Assembly (NCBI GenBank): GCA_029953675.1
Contig: JAMWBK010000001.1
Coordinates: 682,001 to 746,000, forward strand
Origin: Rhodosorus marinus CCMP1338
Lineage: Eukaryota > Plantae > Rhodophyta
DNA length: 64,000 nucleotides
Reading direction: 5' to 3'
This document shows, in pieces, positions 36,283 to 50,031 of the stretch. Position 1 is the first letter of the stretch, and each line of letters begins with the position of its first letter. A model generated the notes under the pieces. That model searched no databases. It was not told the DNA's origin and saw only the letters and a list, made by a program, of their open reading frames with translations. The position numbers and the translations under genes are program-made.

Positions 36283-37246
36283 AAAAACAAAAACAAACTG
36301 AGATGAAAGAAAACAGTGTACTAAAGAATTATTAGATACAGTAATCGTTTATTGGTTAGAACAGAAATTCCAGCAACGGCCAATCAAGTATCCACAAGTG
36401 TGCCCTTCGCTTTCATCTCAGAAATTATTTTGTTTTGAATATTATTAGGAATATGTGACTATCTGGTCCAATCGTTTGTTGACATCTCCATCTCATCTTT
36501 GTTTTTAAATGTTTCTAAACTCTCGCTCGGAAAAGAGGTTTTTTTTGGATGATCTTAGATTATGGTGCTGGTTTTATTCAATAATAAAATAATTCCGGCT
36601 TGGTTTCTCAAACAGTTCTAACTCTGGTTATATTGGACTTTTACACTGTTTTGGGTGGATGACTTTCTTCCGATTTTCTTTCCCTTCCTCGAGCTTGCTA
36701 TTTTATTGACGAGAGGTCCTTGCCCCCACCCACCCCTCCCCCTCCTTGCCGCGTCCACATCCAGAAGGCCGGTTTTGGCCGAGAAAAGTCTTTAGCTTCT
36801 ACCTTTTGGGGGGGAATTCAGGCCCCTATCCTCCCAAACCTCCCCCTCCTCTCTTTTGTTCGCCTCCTGTGCTTTATCTGAGAAATTGAGAATATTGGTA
36901 AGAATTGTTTTCGAAAAACGTTTTGGACCAAAAGAGATATGCGACCGATGTACTGTGAAGGTACAGCTGCTTTGCGGTCAAAATTTCTTATGGGGTTTGG
37001 GGGAGGGGGTGGATGGGTGGATGGGGTTGGGAGGGTGGGGGAAGAGGGGGGGGGCGTAGGATCGTATCTATTGTCTTCTTCTTCCTCTTGTTCGGTATGC
37101 GCGGATGATTTTTTCTTTTAAGCGTTCTATGAGTAGTGTTTGGGAGTTCCCCGTGGAATACTATGGCTTTACAAATTTGAATTTCATATGAGGGTGGGGG
37201 GAAGGGATAAGTTTGGAGTTTTAGGTTTGGTGGGTTTTCTTGAAGA

Positions 37247-38078
37247 ATGGTGCGGACGAGGTCTAGTGGTGGGGTGATGAGGGATGTAGAGGCGGAGGGT
37301 GCTAGTGGAAGGGCGCGGAAGAGGGCGGCCCTGACTGAGATTCAAGAAAATGTCCCGAAACGGACCCGACGTGGGAAGGTAGAGAGTATCCCGGCGACAG
37401 ATGATTTGAAGGCCAGAGACGGAGGAAAATACGTGCAGGGTGGTCGCGAAGGATCTGGTAAACGGGAAGGGGATGTGGGTGGTGATAATCCACGAAGGTC
37501 AGGGGGTCGGAGAGTGGCCCCAAAGGCCGAGGACGTCCCACAGGTGAACAAGCTACCATCAAAGAAAACAAAACGGCCGGGTTCTAGGAGACCCCAAAAG
37601 CGAACGAAGAAGCAGAAGGAGGAAGAGCGGAGGGCAGATTCTTCTGAACTAGTGCCGGCAGATGTTCTTCCTGGACCGCGCAGACCATCTTTTGGAGGGT
37701 CCTCCGATGACAGCAACCAAAACAAAAAAGTTATCACTTACTCAAAGAAGACCCAAAGAGAGTCCAGGCAGCCACTGACGACACATCTGCGAGCTATTCG
37801 AAGAAAAAGTAGCATTCGAAAACGAAGATCATCCGCGGGCTCCTGTACAATAGACGGTGAGGACGTAAGTTAAAAGGATGAACCCTCACACCTCTGGCAG
37901 ACCTCTGGGCTACTTGGAACTGAAAACTCTGCACCATGCATAGGATGAGCTGTTCGAGTTAGAATCTGAAGAGGACGGATCTCCAGAGGGGAAAGAGTCT
38001 GCGCGAATGGAGAGGTTCCTGGAGCAGCAGAGAAGGATATGGGACGAAATTGACAAGTACGAGCTGGAGGAAACCTAG
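37247..38078 (+). CDS. Sororin-like (CDCA5-like) cohesin regulator candidate, 250 aa; exons 37247-37864, 37944-38078
   Basis: Basic low-complexity exon 1 with RAALTEIQEN and ITYSKK; 79-nt GTAAGT..TAG phase-0 intron; exon 2 ends RMERFLEQQRRIWDEIDKYELEET*. Confidence 0.6.
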
Positions 38079-38839
38079 TCAATGGTGGAGCCTTGAAACC
38101 CTTCCACTATCAGCCCACCCTATTTGAACCCCGAAGCTGTTCAAAAAATGACACCTCTCCGCTCAGCAGGCAGAAACGAGTACAGCCCCGCGTCAAGAGG
38201 GATGTCAGCAAACCAGCAAGGTTTCGGATTGCATTCATACCACCTTTGCGTGACCCTTTTTCTCGTTCCCGGACACCTGTGAAACCTAAATTTGTCGAAT
38301 CCGACCTGCACCACTCTATCTTCTCAAAAGTGTCTCTCTGCCCGGCCTCGCTTCGTTCTAAACCATATCTTGAGCACGCAAGCTTGCAATCGCAGCAAGC
38401 CATCAGTACAATACAATTGTTCTGCCCCAGCCTAGCCGCAGTGATCACCACAACGCCAAGATCGCCAAGCGGCCCCCGATCGCGGCCCTGTAACGTTCCA
38501 GGCTGCTCAGCAGAACACGCGGATGACTCATTGTTTTCCACTGTTCATACTCAGCCGAAGCATGTACTCCTGTAGATCCACACCCGATGTACGTCAGCGC
38601 CTACGCAGCGTTCGCGGTTGACTTCAAGGACTCTGTTACATTCAACATGGCTTAAAGCAGTTTACAAGGCGTTTTCCATAGATTCCTGAACCTGCTCTGG
38701 ATGATCGGCCGGAGCAGGTTGCGGATTGCCTTTGTGAGCACGGGTTAGCATCTACAGCGGGTGGGACGGACGGGGCCGATGGATGTTATGAGGCATGTAC
38801 TCCTCGCAAGCTCACGAATCGTGAGCTACTAGACAACGA

Positions 38840-39804
38840 ATGAGAGGTTCTATCCGTTCGCGGCTCGGAATTCGTGCATTGAAAACTGTTGTCGAACGGA
38901 AGGCGTCCGCATCCAACGATGTCAAGTCGATCCAGAATACTGGTAACTCATTCAGGAATGCTATGGCCACTGCCGGCGGTGCGACCCGTTCAATTGAAAC
39001 ATTCTTCCTGCAATTGTCTAAGGTGGATCGACATGGGAGTCTGTCAAAGAGACTATTGTATTGTGCATCAAGGTTAGCAGTTTTGCTTATTGCTTGAATA
39101 CCTACTTTGCGTCAACAAAGATGGTACGATTGACCCACAAATTCGGAGGTTTATTCTTGAGACGTCACGTCTGCCTTATGGCAGAACGCGTGTCTGAAGA
39201 AAGCCACGTTGTTTTCATCCGCAGTGCGTCGGTCCGTCCATGTTGCCCACGCTGGAGGAATCTGGGAGTCTTGTCATAGAGGAGCACATCTCCTCATACT
39301 ACGGCAACTTCAAGAACGGAGACATTGTCATAGCAAAACCGCCGTACGATTCTCAAGTCACAGTTTGCAAGAGAATCTGCGCAATGGTGGGTTACGAGAT
39401 TGGCTCATCTACTTTGTAGAAAGCGTTTTGCCCGCTCTTCAACGCACTGACTTTTTCTCTCGCGCTAACTCCTATAAAGGGCGGAGAAAAGGCGGCTTGC
39501 ATTGCTCAAAACTCCTCAAAGACGGAGGAGTTCGTAGTTCCAGACGGACACGTATGGTTGGAAGGGGATAATCCCAAGAATTCTCGTGATTCCCGCAGCT
39601 ACGGTCCAGTCCCGCTTGGACTACTCCACGGCAAGGTAAGCGGGTTGAAAAGCAAGCTTTTCATCGACCCCTGCGTTCTCTGTGAATTGAACAGGGTCCT
39701 ACCATTGCTGCTAGGTCATCTTCAAACTCTGGCCGCTTAAGAACTTCGGCAGCCTGCCTGCGCGGTCGGCTTCGGAAACTACCGGGGAAGATGCAAGTTT
39801 GTAA
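38840..39804 (+). CDS. IMP1: Mitochondrial inner membrane peptidase subunit 1 (S26 family, multi-exon)
   Basis: CVGPSMLPT (catalytic Ser), GDIVIAKPP..VCKRI (Lys), VPDGHVWLEGDNPKNSRDSRSYGPVP, VIFKLWP, joined by GT-AG introns. Confidence 0.9.
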
Positions 39805-40288
39805 ACTTCCAGCGAACACCAATGATTGTTTTGACGACAATGGAGCGAGTCTTGATCCTCGCATGGGGCGCGCCGCACTACACAGGATTTTGGCGAAGCC
39901 GGCGAAAGCACCAGGCAGCGTTCATCAGACAAACGGTCAACAACGAAGACAAACGACGAAGACGCATTATTATGACTGCCTAGCCATTATTGCAAATCGA
40001 TGGATTGGGACTCCCTCTCCAGATTATTCAGTTAGTACTTTAATTCACATTGAGAGCATCACCCGCCTATTTTAGGAAGAGCACATCAAGCTAAAAGGTG
40101 AAAGGTCTGAACTATTTCTGGGAGCCCTCTCACCCACTGTCACCATGCTCTTATCCGCCTCTCATGCTCTCTGTAGGACAAATTGTCACATGATTGTTTG
40201 CCTTCCTGGAGTGCATTATCACACACTACATATTTGTAATGATTCCTTGACCACAATCAGTTGCCTTGATCAGCTCCGTCCCTGGAAG

Positions 40289-42715
40289 CTACGGCGGTGG
40301 CAAGAGTCTTCGACACGTGGGACACTCCATCTTCTCATCCATCCACTGCTGCAAGCAGTCCTCGTGAAAAACATGCTCACACGGGGTTGCCATCCGGTTG
40401 GGACCGTTCAGGCTCACGCTTGTCATACAAATTACACAATCTACAAGTCTCGGTCCAGTATATCCGATCGACCCCTTCTTCCCTCTGTAGTGATTGCCAG
40501 GTACGGGTACAACTTCGTCCAGGTTTCCAGACTCGACGTCTCCGAGACGCTCAACCTGTGGCGCTGGTTCCGTCAACATCCGGTAGTAGTCATACTTCTC
40601 AGGCAAAAACCGCTTTGGAATCAAGCACCTCGCACCGTATCGGTGCTGAAGCAACAGAATTGAAGCCTGGAAAGCTACCCAAGCCATCAGCCAATTCCCG
40701 GTCATCTATTCCCGTTCCAACCAGCCATGCAAGTCAGTAAAATACGTCAATTACGGCAGATTCAACTCGGAAAGAAACTGAGAACAAACGAAACGGGTCA
40801 CTTACGTATTGGGGTCTCACGTGGAGGAAATTTCTTGGGCAACAAAGAAAGTACAGTGGAATGGCCAGTCGAGTCGCGCTCATCCCGACAATGTATAGCG
40901 GATGAAGGGGACGCCTGTCAAGTTAATAGTGGTCATGGTTAGATATTTGGAGTCAGTCTATTTTGGATGTGGGCATTGTGGAGAACATACCTATGGTCCT
41001 CAATGATACTCAAGAAAATCTGAGGTACCCAGAACGAGTACAGAGCAAACACAAACACTCTCATATACTTTTGCAGCCGATAGAGCATGATGAGCCCAAA
41101 CAGCAGAGATCCGTAAAACCGAGAATACAGGATAGAAAGCTCTCTCCGCATCGCGTCCCAGCCTCCCGAAAATCCCTAAGCATGGCAGAGACAGAACAGT
41201 TTCGCTCGTTGGTCCTCAAATCGGAGCGACGCAGATGTTGTCGATTCCGCCTGACGCGGCCGAAAACTTACGGATGGTCTTCGTGCCTTCCATATCATAA
41301 GCATGTATCGCATCTCGAAGATAGAAAAAATAATAAACTTGAAAAACGCCGCTATTGCGAACGCGTTAAATAGCGTTGAAAACCGTTGCGCAAACATTCC
41401 CATTGTAAGATGCGCGAGGAAAAGGTACGAGTCGCTGACAGTTTGCAGGCCAACAGAAAGGAGGCTCACGCGATTCGCTCCCGCTGGAGTCGAGGTCATC
41501 TCCATCTGCCTTATCAGGACAAGCACTTGCGTGAATGCAACGAACGTGACGAGCAAGGTGTAGTTGATAGCCTTCACAAAGAGAGTCTCCCGGTCAAACG
41601 TCGCTAGCTCAATCTCAGCGGAAGTACCACATTGCTTTGACGTAATGTTTCCGTTCATTTTGATGTATTCACTATTATTCCCCTCATGCGACGCAAGCTC
41701 CCTTGGACTTGGAGTGGTACCGGAAAAGTGCCCGGGGGCAATGTAAAACACGGCCTCAAAGTCGCACTTGCTTTGGACCGGGTGACTACCCAGTTTTGAG
41801 CCTCTTCATACGCATTAAAAGAGGCGGAGATTCAGCTACCAACCAGGCCAGTAAAAGCGTAGATATCAAAAGAGGACCCCACGGGGTTCAAGAAAGGTCC
41901 ATAAAATGCTCACCTTCCCAGATAGTGATCTCGTTGACGCTCCAGGTCCGCTGCTAAAGCATCCGCGAAGGCCTCCTCGGACAACTTCCAAGATCCCTTC
42001 TGCTCTGAAACAAGCTCGTACAGTCTATGCAGAGCGTTGTCCTCATACAGAAAATCGCCCACGAGCATAATAATCCCCTCATGAACCTTGTAAACTCCAA
42101 TAACTTTTATCAAGACATCGCGAAAGGTTCGATAAGCTCCATCACGAAGAATTATCTCCCCGTCGACGTAGTGCATGTCCGAACCAAGCTTCTCCCTTGG
42201 GTGGTTCTCAGCATTCAGAGAAGCAAAACCATCTGGGTTCTCAAACAGCAGATCTTGCTTGGCGAATTCCGGGTCAGGAGCCTCTCCGAATGGAAACGTG
42301 TCGTTGACAGCAACCGACCAAGAACCATCGTAGTCCCGCTTGAGATTCAACGGGTACGTGCTCTCCGGAGGTGGGGCGTGAGCTGTCCTATTTTGCGCGT
42401 ACTCCGACATTACCCGGTCCACTTTCGAACTCCTTCCCACCCCAGAGTTGCTGTGCACCGTTGACAGTGTTTGGAACTACAAAATTAAACAGGCGGAGAC
42501 AAGGCCACATTAGTTATAAACCGCAAATCTTGAGACAGAAATTCAACGAAAGAGTGAGAGCGTGCTCATGCTCTGTGACGAACCTTGGCCCTCGTCATAT
42601 TAGCCACGAGCAAAGCCACAAGCAACGCGAAGATGAGTCTAGGGCCAGCGGCAACATTCGCAGCAAAGTAGGGAGGATTACCACCGCCAAGAGCACCGTT
42701 CCCGAAAATAGGCAT
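40289..42715 (-). CDS. Transmembrane RING-H2 E3 ubiquitin ligase of the TUL1/Dsc1/FLY type (multi-exon)
   Basis: Lumenal N-terminus; TM region KAINYTLLVTFVAFTQVLVLIRQMEMTSTP, SFWVPQI; YGARCLIPKRFLPEKYDY; RING CVICM..TPCEHVFHEDCLQQWMDEKMECPTCRRLLPP. Start codon inferred. Confidence 0.9.
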
Positions 42716-44748
42716 CTCTACTATACTGAGTTTAACAAATACACAACTCCTCTGCTATACAAGAACACCGCCCTCTGCCGGTGCCACCTCCCGCACCCAA
42801 CCCACCTTCCCCAACCTCAAACCCAAACCAACCCTCCCGGCCAAAGAGAAAGCTCCAGCAAAGCTTTTCACAACAAGAAAAAAAATAAACCTGAAACAGC
42901 TTGCTCTTCCGGAACCTTCAGCCAACGAAACCACCCGGGAACTCCTCGTTTCAATGCTCGCAGCTTCCTATGCTCTGAAACCGGAGCTTCCCCGCAAACC
43001 ACAGCATTGCTCTTCACCTCCCTCCACAAAAGATCGTGAAAAGCCTTGACACAAAGGCTTTTCTCCCCCTTCCCAGCTAAAAAGTAAGATGCCACGCCTT
43101 TCCCGCTTCCAACACCTTTTACGTTCCGTCCTTAACGAGCTTTAACAGCACGAACTGGTCAGCACGTGTTCCCCACCGGACCCTTCAAAACAACCACATG
43201 GACTTGGTTCCTCAAAGGGCCACTTCTTCAGACCCAAACTGGTCTGCTGAAGCGATAGAGCGTTGCGCTGTTTTCTACATCGAAGAAAGGGGTTTCAATC
43301 GTTCCCTTTCGTTGTTTGCGAATAAGAAAATCCTTCAACTTGGACTCAAAAAAAGTCTCTGTTCTTGTTGGAACTACTTTGCCCGCCTCCTGTTCGTCAA
43401 TAGCGTTTGTAAACAGTCCTACTTAGGGTGATTTGTCCAACCAACGTGCACAAGCACTGCTGTGAAACTTGGTCCTTGGAGTATTCAGCGAAGCACGCTT
43501 GCCATCAATTGAACTGTTTACTCGCGGTTCTTTGGAATGACATTCGGGAACCATCCGGAAAGCACATCTTCCCAAAAGTTCTGCTGATAAGTTTCGCGTG
43601 TTGGTTTCCATAACCCATCCCCGATAAAGCATTCAGGGGGGACAATGGGAGGTTTGGGTTGTGGATTACTCTTCAGTCGCGTCCTCGCCTGCTTGACACT
43701 CCCCGTTTTCTTGTGGTACAAACATCGATGCGTGAGGGAGTAAAAAACTTTCGAAAAAACTTACAACGAAGAAAGCCCTTTTACAAACGACGATCGAAGA
43801 TGAAGAAAGCACTTTACAGGCGACGATTGAAGATGAAGAATCCAAAGCAGTGCTTCCAAGCAAAAGCTATGTGGAGCGTCGTCCGCAATAAAATAGGCGG
43901 TCTCGAAACTGTCCCACCGCATCATATCAGCAATCCTACCCAGTTGCCTTCCAACCCTTTACCCGAAAAAGAAGGTTGGACAGATAAGCAACCGAACGCC
44001 TCTTTCGCCCGCAACATTTATCAAATACACCATCCCCCATCCTGATTATGAACATATATATTATATTTACGTACCATCGACAACTTTTACCCCTCCATCA
44101 AAACCGAAAAATTACAAATTTAGTATTAAAAAACAACAAAAAATATACAAATTTGCAAATTTATACCCAGTCGTTCTAGACCAAAAAATCAAGGCCAATA
44201 CATCTTTATTAAAGACAAACCTGCGTAATATTGAGCTCCCTTTATCAGAGCCTCCTTCCATCGTTCATCCCAAAACTATACCTTTAGCAGCTTAAAATTC
44301 GAAAATATATTTATATTTGTGACTAAATATCTTAAATACAGACTTATTCATAAAAATGGACACTTATCGTTAGATATTAATTGATTTTAAAGAAGAAAAT
44401 TGAAGCATTATGCATCTCACAAAACGTTCCAAAAAAGGATGAACGGGGGGGATGAAATTCTTTTACGAACTCTGATGGGCGGTTTTTGAATGAATAAAAT
44501 AAGTAAATACTTCTATTTTTCTTTATTGCAACCGTTAACGGTATAGTTCAATTCGCTATAAGGGGGGGGGGAGCACGATGTCGAATAATTACGTTGGTAC
44601 CACAAAATGCAGTGATTTCGTTAGGGTAAATCATGGTCTTTTTCTTTCGAAACTCTAAGGTGGTAGAGTTTACGTGGTTGCGGGCTTTTTTCTTTAAAAT
44701 TGGACTCCCATGGCATGGAAGCTTTTTGTGGCAGGAGGTCGTCGTAGT

Positions 44749-44967
44749 ACTGAGATCGATTAAGAAACCGAACTGAACCTAGTGTTGATGAGTTGAGGAT
44801 GAAGAAACGATTTTCTAGAAGAAGTTAGGGACTAGTTAATGGCTTCTGTGAAATCGCACTGAGATCTAGTAAGAAAACTGAACTGAACCTAGTTGATCAG
44901 AGCGTGGTGAAGACCCATTTTCAAAGAAGACGGGTCCTGGGACTAGCTCACCAGCTGCGTGAAATCG
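44749..44967. repeat. Decayed tandem duplication, 109-bp period
   Basis: ACTGAGATC..TAAGAAA..GAACTGAACCTAGT, GGGACTAG and GTGAAATCG each recur 109-110 bp apart. Confidence 0.85.
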
Positions 44968-45805
44968 GCCTAGGGAACACTTTCGACTGCAGTGTTTTTG
45001 TTTTACAACCGTGCCTGGATCTTTGGTAGGCATTAGGATTGGATCAGGACAGCTCGCCGTCCGCTTTCAGTAGTTCCAAAGCTGCGGCGAAAACGTTCTT
45101 AGGAGGTGTATTTCGTGTGAGAAAAGATTGTCCCAAACAAGATAGCTACAGCGGACGACTTGATAAGATTTGAGTGGAACGCTCTCAGGACGTGAGCCAG
45201 TGCATGGTTTTCAAAATGGAGATTGTACGAGGTGGTCCTTGGTGTTTTAACAGACTCTGGACGATGGCCGGGTTTTGGTGAGGGAGGTGTGGGTGGAAAG
45301 AAACGAGGATGGAATGACATGGCAGTACATAAAGCATTTTCTTGGTTTCCTAAAGTTGAGTTTTACGAATTGCAGATTTCCTGTTAGGTTGGTGAGCGTG
45401 CTTCGTGGGTGAGGATCTTTCGTTCCTTCTTGGTTGTCTTGGTAGTGCAGAGATTGCCTTTGGTAGTAAGGAAGGTGGGCGCTTGAGTTTGCCACGGACA
45501 GAATCGGCAATTTTCTTTTTAGCTTTTGCCCATTTGTCCTTTCGGTGACAGTTCTGGGAGGACTTTGGTCCGATAGACTATTCGGTTCCTTTGGGAATGG
45601 GCTGAGGTTAGATTCAAGCTTACCTTTGTTCCGGTCTGGGCCTGATGGTATGGTGTATGCTCTTCAATCGGTGTGAATCTGCAGGCGTGCCTATGAGGAG
45701 GTACAGAAGGATTTGCGGAAATTCGACTGGTTGGCTTCTTGATCTTGGTGTCGAACTTGCCTAAGGTCTCGAGGTAGCAGGTTCTTTTAGGGGTTCTTGG
45801 TTGAG

Positions 45806-48461
45806 ATGAAGTGGCTGTCCAAGCTGGTCGGAAGAAAAAGCAGAGGAACGCCCGCTGGGAAACCCTCCGAAACCCGGGCGGATGTTCGCAGATCAACAGA
45901 GAAAGTGTCAGCTGTGAAATCTTTGCGCAGGCGGTCCCGAAACTACAACGAACAAGTGGGAGAAAGGGGAGCTAGCAATGAATTTAAGGGCAGCGGGTCG
46001 TCAATTTTCGGAGGCAATGAACTGGACGAGACAACAAAACTGATAATGGACACTAAGAAGGGCATTGTCACGGTTCCCGAACTCCTTGAGGAGCTGATGA
46101 GTCTCACTAGTATTGTCTCCGACGAGGCACTGTTCAATCTGAACGAGTTCCTGTCTGACGAGTCCGTGCTAAAGGTGAGCGCGGGAACTAATGACAAGAC
46201 GATTGATACGTTGTGTTCTAAATCGCGCGTTCATTTTTTCTTCTGAAGGAGTGCCTCGCGCTCTTAACCGGAGAGTCAACCTGTGACGTGGTACAAGAAT
46301 GTGAGCAGAAGACGACAGCTCGCGAGAAGTATAGCTATCAATGGATATTGTCCACACTGATTGCATGCGGTCCGAAAGAGTTGAAGAGGACAATAGCCGC
46401 CAGCAATGAGCTTTGTGGCTACTTTGCTAGGTTTTTTGACTCGAAAAACGCAGCTGACGAGGTCATGACGTCGAACGTTGTTCGTGTCATGTTATCGGTG
46501 CTCCACACGCAGCCGGTTAGTTTCAAGCCAATTCTGCTGGATGGAAGCCATTTGTACGCCCAAGCTAACATAATTTGAAGTTGCTTTCACGATCCGTACG
46601 AACACAGGCAAAGTTCGCGGCGAATCTCTTCTCCAGTGACTCGTTCGGATCGAGCCTGGTGGGCTCGATCCGCTGCCATTCAGTTTCCGAGCTGCTTCCG
46701 AGGTTCATATCAAGTAAAGAGTTCTACACAAGAAATCCTCTACTTTATGGCCCTCCAATAATCCCAGGAATACTAGGTCTGGGAAAAGGCAAGGTAAGCG
46801 TTCCTGCGATCGTGCTGCGCACTCGTGCCGAGGTCGACGCTGGAAGCGAGAGTCCGTACCTTTTGCTGGTCTACGAAAACCCCGGCTTGCTTCAGCTGGC
46901 GCTTAGATCCCTGAACGCCGCGGCCTTGAATGGTAGTGCTCTATTACCTACCGCATCCGAAGGCTGATTCCTGGTGACTTGTCTCGTTTTGCCAGATTCT
47001 CGACGCGCTTGCTGATAAGTTTATCGAAGCCCTTGATTCTGCTCCGGACGGGCCATCTTCTTCAAGGGAGAAAATCATGGACAGCGCTGCAAGCGCTAGT
47101 TCCCAGATCTCGATACGAGTCATGATGGTTTCCGGACATTCGAGCAAGTATATCGGTGACCCTGGCAGCGTTGAGTATTACCTAGACGAAATAGATGTGC
47201 TTTCGAATCCTGGCTCGCTTTCGAGAACGCTTCGAGCTTCCCTCTCGAAGTACGAGGAAAACGATGACGACTATTTTGGGCTATCCATGGCAATGCGGGG
47301 GGTCGCGACAATCTTGGAAGTTGTCCATCAGGGTACGACCACCGGGGTGTTTGTATCCCTGCTGAGCAGTGAGACCTGCTCAGCTATTCTGAGATGCGTG
47401 TTGTTGTGGTTTTATCTCGGTCAGGGAAAAATTCGGACTCCGTTTCGATTCTTCAGCAGATCAAGAAGCTGAACACATCGAAGGTTGAGGAAGTTTTGTA
47501 CAGTAACCTGGAATCGCTACAGGGTATCCTGCGGAATCACGCTCAGATTCCCAGCACGTTAAAGGTGCACCTTGTAGAACTATTTATGAACATGGTTCGA
47601 ATTTGTAGCCGGGTGAGTCATTCCGTACATGGCTTGGAACAATTGATGGCACGAGGATCTAGAAGAACTTGCTCACATCGTGCTACACTCGCATAGGCTC
47701 ACGCGGACAAGCTCGTGGAGAGTGAAGTATTTAACGACTTAGTTGACGTTTTCTTCGAGTACGATTCTCAGCCTATCGTCCACAAGCACGCGTCAAGTGC
47801 GCTCATCGCTGCCTTGCAGAAGAATCTTGTCGAGGTTCGGCATAGCTTGCTTTGCGATACACCCCTAGTTGTCAAACTTGTTGAGGAGTGGAACAGACTG
47901 GATGTGGGGAACAGCAAAAAGGTATTCGAACTGTTCTTGCTCGTGCGGATGAGCTCTTAATTATCCTTCGCTACAATTAGGCGCCGCTGATAGCAGAACG
48001 CTGCAATGCCAATTGTAGGTACGACAGTCGAATGCAGGCGAGATAGTGGATATCGTAATATGCATTCGGGACAGTATGACGTATTCGAAAATTACGAAGG
48101 AGGAGGTTACCGCTGCGATAGGCGATGAAGCTTATAAGAATTTTAGACACCTATGCAACAAGCAGCTCCCAAAGATTGAGGAAATGAGGTCGTCACAGGT
48201 ATTTGAACGCACTCTCGAAAGGAGCTCGGTTGTGGAAATGCAAATGACGCACGGAATAACTGAACTTTCTTCTTTTTAATTCAGTTCCAAGCTCAGAAGC
48301 GAACCACCAAGAGCCACTTGCAGCATCTACTGAAACCCTCCTACGAGCTGCGGGAAGGTGATGGTGATGTGGTATACTATCACAACCTCGTGGAAAGCCT
48401 GCGAAACTCGGAGCAAGGCAGGGACTCCATCTGGTCCCCGCACAAGGAAGCTAGGGGATGA
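45806..48461 (+). CDS. SAPS-domain (SIT4-associated / PP6 regulatory subunit-like) protein, multi-exon
   Basis: Helical exons with KYSY..STLIACG..ASNELCGYFARFF..NVVRVMLSVL and DLVDVFFEYDSQPIVHKHASSALI resemble the SAPS domain; several GT-AG introns; family call from recall only. Confidence 0.55.
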
Positions 48462-49579
48462 CATCGTCTCGGCTCAGCAGCACAACAAGCCTAAAACCGA
48501 ACCGGCCTAAGTTTGTTGCATCACATTAGTCCGCCTCTCGTCGAAATTTTTCATACCCCAGACAGAGCCATTCTCTTCGGTGGCGGTTCCGGAAGGCAAC
48601 CGCGTCGACATTGAACGTGCCGAGAGGCGTTCGCGACTTCAAAACAGAGCTTCACATCGTTTCACCAGCGACGTGAAGCCATGCCAGCCCCTGTTCAACG
48701 CCAGTGAAAAGACAGTGAAAAGAACGCAGCAAAGTTCTGTTTTCGCAAACGACGCACAATTCCGCCCGCCTGGCAGTCAATCGGCTTTGATTGCTCTACG
48801 TCGGGCTTGGTCTAATGAATCCTCCCAACCTTCCTACGGGGCTTCAGTTTGTCCTAGTTCCCTGCCTGTCATCTTGCGGGCTCATCAGTAAACAATCATC
48901 ATTGACATCCGAACAAAGATGCACTCTGGAAGGGTCCAGTTGTGCCCGCGATGTTTTCTCGTTGTCAAGTGCTTCTCTTGATAACATCTTGGCCGAAATG
49001 GCATGTGATAGCACGAGATACTTTTGAGATATTTTATTTAAAAATCCTAATATCCTGTAAAATTATATACATAAGGAAATAGTTTTGTACCAAATTTGCA
49101 AATTTTCCGTTATTTGTTTTATGTGTGAGTTTTTCTGGGAGGTGAAGGATTGCGGTGAGTGCGAAGATCGAATGCTTGTTAGGGGACGAAGGACTCCCGT
49201 GAGGCAGCGATGAAAAGAACGATCCTTTACGAGAGCGAGCTAGCGTTGTGTATTTTTTTGCAACTCCACAAGACTTGGTGCGCGCGCACGTTCTCTGGAC
49301 AGTTTTGAGCGATCCCCTTTCTGGTACATCGTTGCTAGGATCGGTGTGAAGGGGGGGGGTTGGTGAACGTCGCGCTTTCATACTCGGGACGTGCTCGGTT
49401 TTTCACAGACTTAAGACCTGTTCGAGTCGTTTTCATTCATTGAGCATTAACATGACTAAAAAATAGACCTCGCGAGAGGACCACTCTTTCTACTTGGGAT
49501 GTAGATGAGCTCTAGTCGAGAGATTGAGTGGTACCCAAAGCGCTTGGATATTGCACCCTAGCACTCTTTGGCGAGCGCA

Positions 49580-49690
49580 TATACCCTTGCTATGATCCGC
49601 CCAGACCTCTTCTTTGCCGCTTCATCTTCGAAATAACCCACGAGTCCGTATCTAGATGAAATTGGAGCCGTCTGGAAGGACAAGATTTTA
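49580..49690 (+). mobile_element. Possible Copia RT C-terminal remnant
   Basis: TLAMIRPDLFFAASSSK*PTSPY resembles the Copia TRPDIAFAVS segment; short and contains a stop. Confidence 0.3.
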
Positions 49691-50031
49691 GTCGTTGAGG
49701 GCTTCATCGCGACGAAGCCTCTCCCTACATGCTGAACGCCCTGTCCATTCTTCGATCGCCTTGTTGTGCTTATCGTTTCTGGCTTTTCACGGAAGGCAAG
49801 TACGTCCTCCTTGTACTACTCTTCCTCTGATGGATTGGCTTACTAGACAGTCGGTTGTGTTTCGGTGATGGGATGTGGATGCTAGGTCTCCTTACCTAAG
49901 ACGCTCTTCGGCTAGGGGAGGGGAAACGCGAATGCTGATGTGAGTTTCAACAGCGCGTTGGAGGGATTTCTCTGGTCAGCGAGTGTTCGCTGAGAGGCGA
50001 CGTTGGCTTGTTCGAAGGCGACCGGGGAAAG

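Noticed and set aside
38093-38575. Overlapping 160- and 143-aa ORFs between the Sororin-like gene and IMP1
   Set aside because: No motif, non-ATG starts, no consistent splice model.
43198-43431. LFANKKILQLG as a SAM-methyltransferase motif I
   Set aside because: Lacks the following GxG glycines and downstream motifs.
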